Assembly: GCA_049515895.1 (NCBI GenBank)
Contig: JBEKTQ010000001.1
Location: 1 to 64,000 of the forward strand
DNA length: 64,000 nt
Source: Candidatus Bathyarchaeia archaeon
Lineage (GTDB): Archaea > Thermoproteota > Bathyarchaeia > Bathyarchaeales > Bathycorpusculaceae
Reading direction: 5' to 3'
Under the pieces are notes generated by a model. The model saw only the letters and a list, made by a program, of their open reading frames with translations, was not told the origin of the DNA and searched no databases. The translations under genes were made by a program, and so were the position numbers. Position 1 is the first letter of the stretch, and each line of letters opens with the position of its first letter. Shown here in pieces: positions 1-9,178 of the stretch.

Positions 1-618
1 GGAACAACAAGCTACTTCTCATTCTTGTCATGCGGAATGCTTGCTTTCATCGTCCTCTTCACTTCCGCGTTCAGCGGAATGTCAGTAGTCTTCGACCGTA
101 GATTCGGTTTCCTAAACAAAGCACTGAGCACACCAGTTGCACGCGGATCAATTGTGATGGGCAAAATCCTACAGAGCGTCGGTAGATCTCTGATACAAGC
201 AGCCGTAGTTCTAGTGATTGCAGTAGCTCTCGGGATGGATACGGCGCATTTCACCCCTCAAGGAATCGCCGGTGCATTCGTCGTCATCTTCCTTATGGCC
301 GTCGGGTTATCTGCTTTGTTCACTGTGCTCGCGCTAAGATCAGGTGATTGGCAAACACAAATGGCAGTCATAAACCTACTCAACCTCCCACTACTATTTG
401 CAAGTAATGCATTGTTTCCAGTAAAAATAATGCCAGCTTGGCTTCAAGACGTCGTAAAAGTTAACCCAGTAAGCTACGCAGTTGACGGAATAAGACAAGT
501 GTTGATTGGAGCGACAGGCATGAATAGTCTCTTGCTTGACTTCGCGGTTGTGACAGGATTCGCGATAATATTATCTGCGATCGGGATAGTTCTCTCCTGG
601 AGATTCCTCTCTAAGTAA
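1..618 (+). CDS. ABC-2 type transporter permease (5'-partial)
   Basis: Frame open from position 1; DRRFGFL..LSTPV.R..I..GK and NPVSYAVDGIR ABC-2 motifs; multiple TM helices. Confidence 0.9.
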   Translation, partial: GTTSYFSFLSCGMLAFIVLFTSAFSGMSVVFDRRFGFLNKALSTPVARGSIVMGKILQSVGRSLIQAAVVLVIAVALGMDTAHFTPQGIAGAFVVIFLMAVGLSALFTVLALRSGDWQTQMAVINLLNLPLLFASNALFPVKIMPAWLQDVVKVNPVSYAVDGIRQVLIGATGMNSLLLDFAVVTGFAIILSAIGIVLSWRFLSK

Positions 619-860
619 CCTCGCGACAAAACAGAAAAAAGTCGCTTACCCCATCGCAAGCAAAGGAACAATAACATCGTAAATTGTGGCTTCAGCGGCG
701 AAAGCAAAAAAGAAAAACTGACTTGCCAAGACCAAGAAATAGACGTCAATGACCTTCACAAAACCCTTTCTTTTATTGGAATTTCAAGAAGTCAGCAGAG
801 CAGTCATTGTTACCGATAGCACAGTAGTCGCCATTGACGGTTGCTGTGAGAATCTCTTTG

Positions 861-1067
861 TCAACCAAGGTGACCGATCTTGGTGTATAGTGGCTCAAAC
901 TCTGACAAGTCAAGCGGTTTTCCTCGCACGTTTGAGAGCACTTGGACACAGAGCAATCCGAGGTCTCTTACTGATCTTTCAACTTCGTCAACAGCCTCTT
1001 CTACATAAAGAAGAGAAACCGTTGCTATTCCCTTAAAACGATCATGCGAATCCGGAAAACTGTAAGC
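861..1067 (-). pseudogene. Internal fragment of an amidohydrolase-2 (ACMSD-like) gene
   Basis: Manual translation AYSFPDSHDRFKGIATVSLLYVEEAVDEVERSVRDLGLLCVQVLSNVRGKPLDLSEFEPLYTKIGHLG, bounded by TGA on both sides; matches the DRF.G.A...ELER.V..LG..GVQ..SN..GKPLD..EFEP pattern. Confidence 0.7.
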
Positions 1068-1277
1068 TCACATTTTTTGGTGAGGTCTATGCTTGGCTTC
1101 CATTTTTTCTCTTTTCAAGTCTGCAATAGATAATGTTGCAAACTCAACTAATTCTTGATCATGCGTGAAAAGGTATGTTACGCCGAGGCGTTCTCTACTT
1201 AATAATTTATGGGTGTGCACGCGTCGGCTTGGCTAGAAATGAGAAAAAGACTCAAAAGCTGTTTGTCGAGAAAGCAA

Positions 1278-2063
1278 TTATGTATTGAATAGTAATGGGG
1301 CTGATGCCTTTTCAATCTCTAAACTAGCAATGTACTCGCGGTCTTTTGGCGGATTCTTGTCTCTCTCTTTTTCAAACACGATTTTGGTTTTCCAACCTAA
1401 GTGTTCGGCCGCGAGTTGCAAGTGACAAATAGCAATACCCACATTGAGAGAGAAATAGCTGCCGCCGACGATGCTTCTGAGAAAGCCGGGTTTGGCTGAA
1501 TAGGCATGGATCAAACTCTTGTCGCCGGTGAAGTACCAATTCTGCAGGTTGATTGCTGATGGGGCTAGGCGGGCGGGTTCCAACAATTCATCAGCGCCCT
1601 GGATGTTGCTTATCTCTGAGAGAGGTTTTCTTTTAAACTGTGAAATGCCGGTTCTGTGCAGTGTTTCCTTTGGATTTCCAAACGACATCAAAATGATGAA
1701 TTCTAGGCTTGAAGACTCCCTTACTTCCTTGGTGGGTTGAGGAATGCCTAGCCAGCAACTGCCTGTGCCGGTCGCTGAAAAATAAAGATCCATTTGCTGC
1801 AGCATGAAACCCATGTTGGCTTTGTATGTGTCCTTTGCTTCGGAGAATGCTGCTATGTAATGGGGTGCTTTGTTCATGCCCTTTCGGGTTACTTGATCCG
1901 GCGAAATAATCTTGAACTCTGTCTTAATTCCCGTGGACATTGGCTTTAGAGAGCCCAGGTTCTTGGAAATCTCTTCTAGGCGATTTTGGTCAAGTTGAGC
2001 GGAATCATAATTTCGAATTGATTTTCTCTTGAAAATCGCTTCGTACAGATCATTCTCATTCAT
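1278..2063 (-). CDS. Nitroreductase family protein (tandem domains)
   Basis: AIFKRKSIRNY, GTGSCW and ARLAPSAINLQNW motifs. Confidence 0.85.
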   Translation of the reverse strand: MNENDLYEAIFKRKSIRNYDSAQLDQNRLEEISKNLGSLKPMSTGIKTEFKIISPDQVTRKGMNKAPHYIAAFSEAKDTYKANMGFMLQQMDLYFSATGTGSCWLGIPQPTKEVRESSSLEFIILMSFGNPKETLHRTGISQFKRKPLSEISNIQGADELLEPARLAPSAINLQNWYFTGDKSLIHAYSAKPGFLRSIVGGSYFSLNVGIAICHLQLAAEHLGWKTKIVFEKERDKNPPKDREYIASLEIEKASAPLLFNT

Positions 2064-2173
2064 TTTCTCACACTAAATAATCACAAGTTGACTGCTAGTA
2101 AAAGCTTCCTTTGCGGCACGAGTCTACGCAGAGGATGATGGCTGGAAAATGCGGGTATCGTGAGAGATCGACC

Positions 2174-2285
2174 GGTCAGCTGCCAACCGCGGGTTTCGGG
2201 AGATTTTAAGAGATTTAAAGACTTAACCTGCAGCCAATCCAAGCAACATTTCAAGAAAGCAACCCAAACCACAAAGAAAAAAATT
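2174..2285 (+). repeat. Dispersed decamer-array repeat, copy A (short: two GAGATTT decamers + terminal GAC unit + conserved tail)
   Basis: GAGATTTTAA-GAGATTTAAA-GACTTAACCTGCAGCCAATCCAAGC...AAGCAACCCAAACCACAAAG; tail matches those at 11722, 18646 and 43117. Confidence 0.75.
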
Positions 2286-2461
2286 GCGCAGAGAAACGCG
2301 GCATTTAAGGTTACTCTCCGGCGCCACAGACTTCACATTCATGCTCGTTGCTAAACCAGTTATAGTCTTTCCCTGCCATGAATTTCTAAAATCCAACCAC
2401 AACCAAAAAGGAATACAAAAAAACTTATCAAGCAAACGGAGGATAAGCAAAAGCGATTGCC

Positions 2462-2767
2462 ATGTCGAAACAGGAAGCACCTGCCAAGGAGTTACCTCTA
2501 GGCGAACGATTGCGCAACCGCTTTAGAAATCGGTCGGGCAAAAGAAAAAAGCGCGGGAATGACCAGCGGGAGGCTGACGAGAAATATCGGGAGTGGCTTG
2601 AGAAGAATAAGCAGAAGCCGACTGAATCGGCGAGTGCTGAGGGCGAAGAGGGGCAGGAAGAGAACTCGGATCAAAGCGTTTACGAACCGGACAACCCCGA
2701 AGCCACCCAAGAAGACGACATGGAAGAGGACCTGGCACTACTAGACGAAGAAGACGATTTATGGTAA
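2462..2767 (+). CDS. Hypothetical small protein, basic N-half and very acidic C-half
   Basis: ATG start, 101 aa, strongly charge-segregated composition. Confidence 0.55.
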   Translation: MSKQEAPAKELPLGERLRNRFRNRSGKRKKRGNDQREADEKYREWLEKNKQKPTESASAEGEEGQEENSDQSVYEPDNPEATQEDDMEEDLALLDEEDDLW

Positions 2768-3113
2768 ACAATGCCTCTTAACGAAATCTGCCAAAAGTTA
2801 TCAGTAACCTAGTGATGGATCGACCAAAACTTGATTGTTAAAGCAACGAAGTGCACAGAGCGCTTTTGGAGTTGCTTGCAGGCCACTAAAGTGACCTTTT
2901 ATGGGAGGCCTTAATGATACAGCACAATGTAGAAAAAAGCAAGCAATATGGGACTGGTCTAATGATTCGTTTGTCTAACCGATTGAAAACGTAACTCATT
3001 AGAAGTTCGCTTAACACGCGAACCCCCTTCGGTCAAGATGAGAGCTTTTTCTATTATTTGTCACTAACTACCGACTATATTCAAAACATAGAGAAGGGGC
3101 AGCAGGGGATTTG

Positions 3114-3128
3114 GACAAACCTTTTAAG
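3114..3128 (+). promoter_or_regulatory. Putative BRE/TATA promoter for the giant glycosyltransferase operon
   Basis: GACAAACCTTTTAAG about 25-30 nt upstream of the structured leader. Confidence 0.5.
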
Positions 3129-3152
3129 GCTTAAACGGCGAATTTCATTCAC

Positions 3153-3250
3153 AGCGTGGAGCTATCGTAGGAAACATCTCTGGATGTTTCCCTGGGTCTC
3201 AGATAGAGACTTAGATCGCTTGACGTGATGAAGGCAAATTGCCTTTAGTC
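3153..3250 (+). ncRNA. Putative structured 5' leader RNA (multi-hairpin)
   Basis: Perfect 9-bp stem GGAAACATC/GATGTTTCC (3170-3191); 9-bp stem CTGGGTCTC/GAGACTTAG with 2 G-U (3192-3214); GAAGGCA-AAT-TGCCTTT hairpin (3230-3246). Confidence 0.45.
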
Positions 3251-3264
3251 CGGAGTGGTAACGA

Positions 3265-6200
3265 ATGAAAGAAAAAAGCGAAACTAGAAGAGGAATAGCT
3301 GGAATTGGCTCCGTTAGGGCCAAACAGCGACACAACAATAATCAGAAAATCGAAAATATTGAGCAATCAAAAAACGAAGAACTCGGAATCATAACAGTTG
3401 TTCCAACAAAGTCTAGACCTGCACTCCTAGAGAAGGCACTCATGAGCGTTGCAGAGCAAACTCGACCCCCTAACGAACTAATAATTGTTGGAGAACAAGC
3501 AACAGATTTTCCTTCGAACAAAAGAATTATAGAAAAAAAACTCATTGATACAAAAATTCACTGGCTTCTAAATGCAAGAACAAAAAACCTTTCTGGCTCA
3601 ATAAACACGGCAGTACAATTCCTCATTAGCGAAGGAATAAACCCGTATTCGACGTACCTTGCGTTATTAGATGACGATGACTTATGGGAGTCAGGATACC
3701 TCCAAACGGCGTATGAACAACTCATCAAAGGGAACAAGGATCTGGTCATCTCAGGGATTATCCGCCATAATACAAGAAACGACGTAGGAATCAAGCAAAC
3801 TATACCCAACTATATCGACCAAAAGATGTTTCTAACGGGCAACCCCCACATTCAAGGGTCAAATCTCTTTGTGAAAATGAGCACTTTCCTCAGAGCAGGA
3901 GGATTTGATGAAAACCTGCCAAGCACCACAGATCGAGATTTCATGACCCGTGCGCTGGACTTAGGAGATATAACTTATGCAAGTACTGGCAAGCATCTAG
4001 TTCATCATTACGCCGACCTACCAAATCGCCTTTCAACCTACGGTTCCGAAGCCAAAATCACAGGGCTAACTCGCTTTTTCCAGAAGTATAAAGATAGAAT
4101 GACAAACGAAGAAATACTGCAATTCAAGCAAAGAGCAACAAACCTCTTCGGATGGACAGAAACAGCAGCCGAAAAAGAAACGACTCCCTTAAACATTCCA
4201 ACCCCAACAATAGGGAAAACCACGCACAAATTTCATTTAACCATCGGCTTTACTGTTTCCCACCTATCATGCGCTAGCAAACTTATGCAAGACCTCGAAA
4301 GCTTTCAGAAAAACTTCCCACAACCTATCTCACTGGTGATTTTAGACAACACCGGAACGCCAAAACTGCTACAACAAATAATCCAAGCAAACAAATCGAG
4401 CTTCTACACAATCAGAATTATTCCTGAAGGTGAAGTTGAGAAAGACGCTCAAGCAGGCAAACTAGGGACATTTTACATAAGTAAAGAACGGAGGAAAGGA
4501 CCAAGCTTCGGGAGAACAGCACTTCACCGGTATCTGTACCTGACAGGCATGGAACTTGAAAAACCCGTCTTCTGGATACTCGACGACGATGTTAGAATAG
4601 ACAGAATATACTACGCTTCTAATTGTCAAACAATTACTCCAGCCCAATTTGCACAAATCTTAGGGTACTTGCTTGAAAAGAAAATCGCTATTTCTGTCGG
4701 GGGTATAATGGGAGACCCTCCTTTGCCAATAGCCTGTTCAACCCGCGGGCAATTACTTGAACTTAACAACTACCTTAGAAGCTACCGTTCAAACAAGACT
4801 CCTGAGAAAGAAGCAAACACAGACGCGATTGCACAAAAGTTCCCCGACCAATATTACGATCTATCAATTAATTACTACAACCATTTGGAAACTCCAGTCA
4901 AATCTTTTCTAAATCGCCGGAATAGGGATTTTACTATCTCTCAAGGTATCGATGCACTTCTGGAAGGCAAAAACCTGCTTAGACCATCGTTGCCCTGCAA
5001 AGGTGAGAACAAGATGCGAGGAGGCAACACAATCGTGACAGACATTGAATGCCTTCGAACCTACCCTAACTGTTCCCCCAGAATAAACGGGATTGAAACA
5101 AGGAGGGGCGACACCATCTGGGTAGAACTGAACCGATACCTCGGAGGGGAAATGGTTGGCAAAGAAAACAAACAAGTCATCAGCCTCCCCTTATTTCTTA
5201 AACAAGAACGAGCGCCAACATTCAAACCAAAACTGCTAAGCAATTCACTAGCAGCCGACCTTCTAGGCGGAGCCTTTGTCAGAGCATTAACTGACCTGAT
5301 AAAAACGAAAAACGAAATCGGCAAAGAGGCAATGGACATCGGCGACGCCCTTGCTTTCTCCAAAGAAGACTGCCAAAGAGTAATTGCTGAAACCACCCAA
5401 AATCTCGAACGACGAAAAGCCATTCTAATAATGAGCGCATGGAGAATAAGCGGTCTTATTCAAACAATCGAGCACCAAATCAACAGCGACAACTTCGCCG
5501 CAACCACATTGAACCAAAATGAGGTGAACCAACTAGAGGCAGTTCTTGATTGGATCCAACAAGAGATATCAGTTAGAGATGTAACCGAGTTCTGCCAAAA
5601 ATTGAAAAACGGGTTGAATGAAGGCATAAGCCAATATCTCCTCGAATACAAAAGAAACAGACAGCAATTCTCAAGCGACCTCAACCTCGAACCGACCAAA
5701 GTACAAGACAAAATCGCTCAAAAACTCATTCAAAAGCACTTCGGCGTTACCTCAGTTGAGTTGATCGGTCAAGGACAAGAAGGGTTAGTGTACAGCGATG
5801 GCAGCAAGGCATACAAGTACTTCATCAGCAACAGATTCCAAAGGAAAGTCGGATTGCTTGATCTTATTAAGAATAAGCTGAACGCGTCTGCACATCTTAG
5901 GCGCATCGTAACGATAGAAAACATCATTGTGGAAGGAAATCAGGTGTTGCTGAGAATGCCCTTGATAGAAGGTAACCATTACTCAGGCGGCAGGATAAAC
6001 GAAATCCTTGAATTTCTGAGAGAATGCAAGGAAACTGGTATAGTTACTACGAACATTTGGCCAGAAAACCTAATCGTTGGCAAAAACGGTTTGGTTTACG
6101 TAGACATCGGCAGAAGCATTGCTCCTTATCAGGAAAACCTCTTCAACGAGATGTGCAAAAGAGCTTTTCTTACTTACCGATGGCATTTCAGACCTGACCT

Positions 6201-8496
6201 GAAAGAACTGCTAACAAAAAGCCTCTACGAAACAAACATGCCGGAACTTTTCGGATTTGAAGAGTTTAAAAAAGCAATCAAACAAATTGACGTCCACACT
6301 CAAATGGATAAGTACTTGATCAAAGCGTGCCTCAAATCAAAACCCAAGAGAGTGCTAGACTTTGGCTGCGGAACAGGAGCAATTGCGGACAAGCTCGCAG
6401 AAAACGGCTCTGATGTCGACTGCTATGACCCAGATCCTACAAGGTTCACCATCCGGCCACATAAACAAACTGTGACCTTGCTATCGGAAGAAGACTTGAA
6501 AAGTCGAATCGAGGCACATCAAAACTACGACTTGGTTTTATGTAATTTAGTGCTCTGCTCAATAGAATCTGAGAATGAAGTCCAACGGACAATGCACAAG
6601 CTTAGAGCTTTAACCTCTCAAAGCGGCAGTGTCATAATTGGGATATGCAACCCGCTCTCAGATGAAGTGAAAACTAGCCCGAGCCAATCAAGAACCATCT
6701 CATCAGAAAACAAATACCACATGCATTATCCGATTACTGAAATTACCCCTAAAGGGAAACAGAGAACAGATTGGCACCGACCCATAAGCTGGTACGTCCA
6801 CCTTGCCCACAAAGCAGGCCTCGAAATAAAAGAAACAATCGAAGTGCCCAGCGTAGACATCGAAAGACTTTCGCCCAGTAGTGACCAAATCCTGCTGGTA
6901 CTTCAACCCATACAAAGACCCAAACAAACCAAAACCGTCTCACTCATGATTAAAGCCAGCGGAATGGAATGGCAAACCATAGAAAAACAAGTTAAGCACA
7001 TCGTCTCGCAACTTGAGGGACCACAAGAATTCTTCGAAAAAATTCTCGTCACAGATAACGCAACAGTAGGGTTCGCAAGGCAATATTCAACCGTGAACTT
7101 GGAGAAGTTCCAACAAGCTCTTCAAAAACTCGTAAATGATCATCTAATTGATCGAGTAATATCAGCTCCGACAGATGAGAATGAGATCAAGCAAATTTAC
7201 GTCAAATGGTTCGGAGTAGAGTGCTCCAAGCCCAGAGCAATCAACGGACAACCTACCTACATGACACTCTACGGACTCGACCAATGCAAAGGCGACTACG
7301 TGCTACAAACTGACTGCGACTGCATTTTCTTCCGATGTGAACGTTCAAACGATTACCTTAGAGAAATGGTCCATCTCTTTGAAAGCGACCCCACGGCTGT
7401 AACCGTAGCTTTGCCAATTTCGTACAAAGAAACTCAACCTTACAAAAAAGAAAACGAAAACAAACCCTTCCGAGTCGAAGTCAGATGCTGCCTACTAAAC
7501 ATGGCAAAGCTGAAGTCAATGCTGCCGTTGAAAAATGAAACACAAAACAACCAACTAAAACTGCCCTGGCATCGAATCTTGGACCTAGCTATTCAGGAAG
7601 GAAAAGCTAGTTCTTATCGAGTAGGAAACCCTCAAACATGCTTCGTTCACGTTCCAAACTTTAGAAAAACCGACACCAACGATTGGATGAGCATAATCGA
7701 CGCAGCAGAAGCAGGGTCGATGATTCCACAGCAATTAAACAATATACAGATAGTTGGAGAAGCGGCAGACTGGCTGGGCAAAAGAAACGAGGAAATGATA
7801 ATACTCATGCGCGGAAGAAATGTTCCTCTATCCAAAATACGCCGCTGTGTAGAGTCGTTGCAAGCTCAGTCTTTCAAAGATTGGTCAGCAGTAATAATTG
7901 ACGCAAGCTCTTCAAACGGCCATGAAGAACTCTTCAAATATACGCTCAAAAACACATTTGGCGACAAAGTAACCTATGTGCACAACCACGTTCTAATGAG
8001 CCCGATGGAAAACATAGACTACGTAACTAGCAGCATATGTACAAACCCGCAATCTATCATCGTCCACTTAGACCTGGATGACGCCCTTATCGGAACAGAC
8101 GCTTTAAACAAGGTCAAAGAAGCATACCAGAAGGGAGCTGACGTCACGGTCGGGTCAATGCTTCGAACAGACAAGCAAACAGAATACAAAGTTACCTTCC
8201 AAAGCCCGCGAGAGAACAGAGGGGGAAACATCTGGCAGCATCTCAGAACCTACCGTAAACACCTCTATGACAGAGTGCCCAAAGACTATTTCCAAATAGA
8301 TGGCGGATGGGTTAAACACGGCGAGGATTGGGCGTTCATGATACCAATAGCCGAACTAGCCAAAAAACCCGTGCAGATCAAAGACAAAGTATACTTTTAT
8401 GAACCATCAGAAGATAAACCAAACAGAAACGTTGACGAAAGAGAAAGGCTTATCGCTAAAATCATTGATAAGCCATCCTTGGAGAATCTAAATTGA
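3265..8496 (+). CDS. Giant multidomain protein: GT2 + GT-A-like + protein-kinase-like + class I SAM methyltransferase + GT-A-like + GT2
   Basis: LLDDDDLW/GGFDENL (GT2); WILDDDV; LIGQGQEGLVY..AYK..NIWPEN..VDIG (kinase fold); VLDFGCGTG (MTase); LQTDCDC; HLDLDDAL/EDWAF (GT2); no obvious TM helix. Confidence 0.85.
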   Translation: MKEKSETRRGIAGIGSVRAKQRHNNNQKIENIEQSKNEELGIITVVPTKSRPALLEKALMSVAEQTRPPNELIIVGEQATDFPSNKRIIEKKLIDTKIHWLLNARTKNLSGSINTAVQFLISEGINPYSTYLALLDDDDLWESGYLQTAYEQLIKGNKDLVISGIIRHNTRNDVGIKQTIPNYIDQKMFLTGNPHIQGSNLFVKMSTFLRAGGFDENLPSTTDRDFMTRALDLGDITYASTGKHLVHHYADLPNRLSTYGSEAKITGLTRFFQKYKDRMTNEEILQFKQRATNLFGWTETAAEKETTPLNIPTPTIGKTTHKFHLTIGFTVSHLSCASKLMQDLESFQKNFPQPISLVILDNTGTPKLLQQIIQANKSSFYTIRIIPEGEVEKDAQAGKLGTFYISKERRKGPSFGRTALHRYLYLTGMELEKPVFWILDDDVRIDRIYYASNCQTITPAQFAQILGYLLEKKIAISVGGIMGDPPLPIACSTRGQLLELNNYLRSYRSNKTPEKEANTDAIAQKFPDQYYDLSINYYNHLETPVKSFLNRRNRDFTISQGIDALLEGKNLLRPSLPCKGENKMRGGNTIVTDIECLRTYPNCSPRINGIETRRGDTIWVELNRYLGGEMVGKENKQVISLPLFLKQERAPTFKPKLLSNSLAADLLGGAFVRALTDLIKTKNEIGKEAMDIGDALAFSKEDCQRVIAETTQNLERRKAILIMSAWRISGLIQTIEHQINSDNFAATTLNQNEVNQLEAVLDWIQQEISVRDVTEFCQKLKNGLNEGISQYLLEYKRNRQQFSSDLNLEPTKVQDKIAQKLIQKHFGVTSVELIGQGQEGLVYSDGSKAYKYFISNRFQRKVGLLDLIKNKLNASAHLRRIVTIENIIVEGNQVLLRMPLIEGNHYSGGRINEILEFLRECKETGIVTTNIWPENLIVGKNGLVYVDIGRSIAPYQENLFNEMCKRAFLTYRWHFRPDLKELLTKSLYETNMPELFGFEEFKKAIKQIDVHTQMDKYLIKACLKSKPKRVLDFGCGTGAIADKLAENGSDVDCYDPDPTRFTIRPHKQTVTLLSEEDLKSRIEAHQNYDLVLCNLVLCSIESENEVQRTMHKLRALTSQSGSVIIGICNPLSDEVKTSPSQSRTISSENKYHMHYPITEITPKGKQRTDWHRPISWYVHLAHKAGLEIKETIEVPSVDIERLSPSSDQILLVLQPIQRPKQTKTVSLMIKASGMEWQTIEKQVKHIVSQLEGPQEFFEKILVTDNATVGFARQYSTVNLEKFQQALQKLVNDHLIDRVISAPTDENEIKQIYVKWFGVECSKPRAINGQPTYMTLYGLDQCKGDYVLQTDCDCIFFRCERSNDYLREMVHLFESDPTAVTVALPISYKETQPYKKENENKPFRVEVRCCLLNMAKLKSMLPLKNETQNNQLKLPWHRILDLAIQEGKASSYRVGNPQTCFVHVPNFRKTDTNDWMSIIDAAEAGSMIPQQLNNIQIVGEAADWLGKRNEEMIILMRGRNVPLSKIRRCVESLQAQSFKDWSAVIIDASSSNGHEELFKYTLKNTFGDKVTYVHNHVLMSPMENIDYVTSSICTNPQSIIVHLDLDDALIGTDALNKVKEAYQKGADVTVGSMLRTDKQTEYKVTFQSPRENRGGNIWQHLRTYRKHLYDRVPKDYFQIDGGWVKHGEDWAFMIPIAELAKKPVQIKDKVYFYEPSEDKPNRNVDERERLIAKIIDKPSLENLN

Positions 8497-9173
8497 ACAA
8501 ACCAATCATCTCGGTCATCGGAGACACACACATGGATCTTGGCGGCGCCAAATGGAACACTGCTGAAGAACTCGGAGAAAAACTAACCACAGCAGGATAC
8601 CGCATACTGACCGGCGGACTCGGAGACCTCCCAAGAGCAATCGCCAAAGGCGCAAGAAAATCACCCAGCTACACAGATGGTACATTAATTGCAATCCTCC
8701 CAGGCTTTGACCCCTCAATTGCCCAAAACTACGCCGACATTGTCATCGCTACAGGATTAGACCAAGCAAGAAACCTAATCATAGCTAACAGCGACGCCAT
8801 TATAGCAATCGGCGGCGGCGCCGGCACACTCTCAGAAATTGCCTACGCATGGTCTTTAAAACGACCCATCATAGCCTTTGGTATGCCTGGATGGAGCGGT
8901 CTACTAGCAGACAAAACATTAGATGAAAGAATCAGATATCCAGAAATTACCGAAGATAAAATCTTTAAGGTTGCAAACTGTGCTGAAGCGATACACAGGT
9001 TGAAAGAATATCTTCCTCGATACACAAAAAGACACTCCGGGATCAGATTAAAGGACCTTGAAACAACCGGATTGCTAGCTAAAGGATACGAAGAAAACGC
9101 TGAAGAAGACCTAGCCATAGCAAAAGATTTTGAAGCAATCGAAGGGGACCTAGACGAAGACCGCGACAGATAG
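8493..9173 (+). CDS. SLOG/LOG superfamily protein (TIGR00725-like) with acidic antitoxin-like C-terminal tail
   Basis: ILTGG, ATGLDQARN and IGGGAGTLSE motifs; start overlaps upstream stop (TTGA). Confidence 0.85.
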   Translation: MNKPIISVIGDTHMDLGGAKWNTAEELGEKLTTAGYRILTGGLGDLPRAIAKGARKSPSYTDGTLIAILPGFDPSIAQNYADIVIATGLDQARNLIIANSDAIIAIGGGAGTLSEIAYAWSLKRPIIAFGMPGWSGLLADKTLDERIRYPEITEDKIFKVANCAEAIHRLKEYLPRYTKRHSGIRLKDLETTGLLAKGYEENAEEDLAIAKDFEAIEGDLDEDRDR

Positions 9174-9178
9174 ACAGT

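Noticed and set aside
749-1036. 95-aa + strand ORF
   Set aside because: Shadow of the minus-strand amidohydrolase fragment
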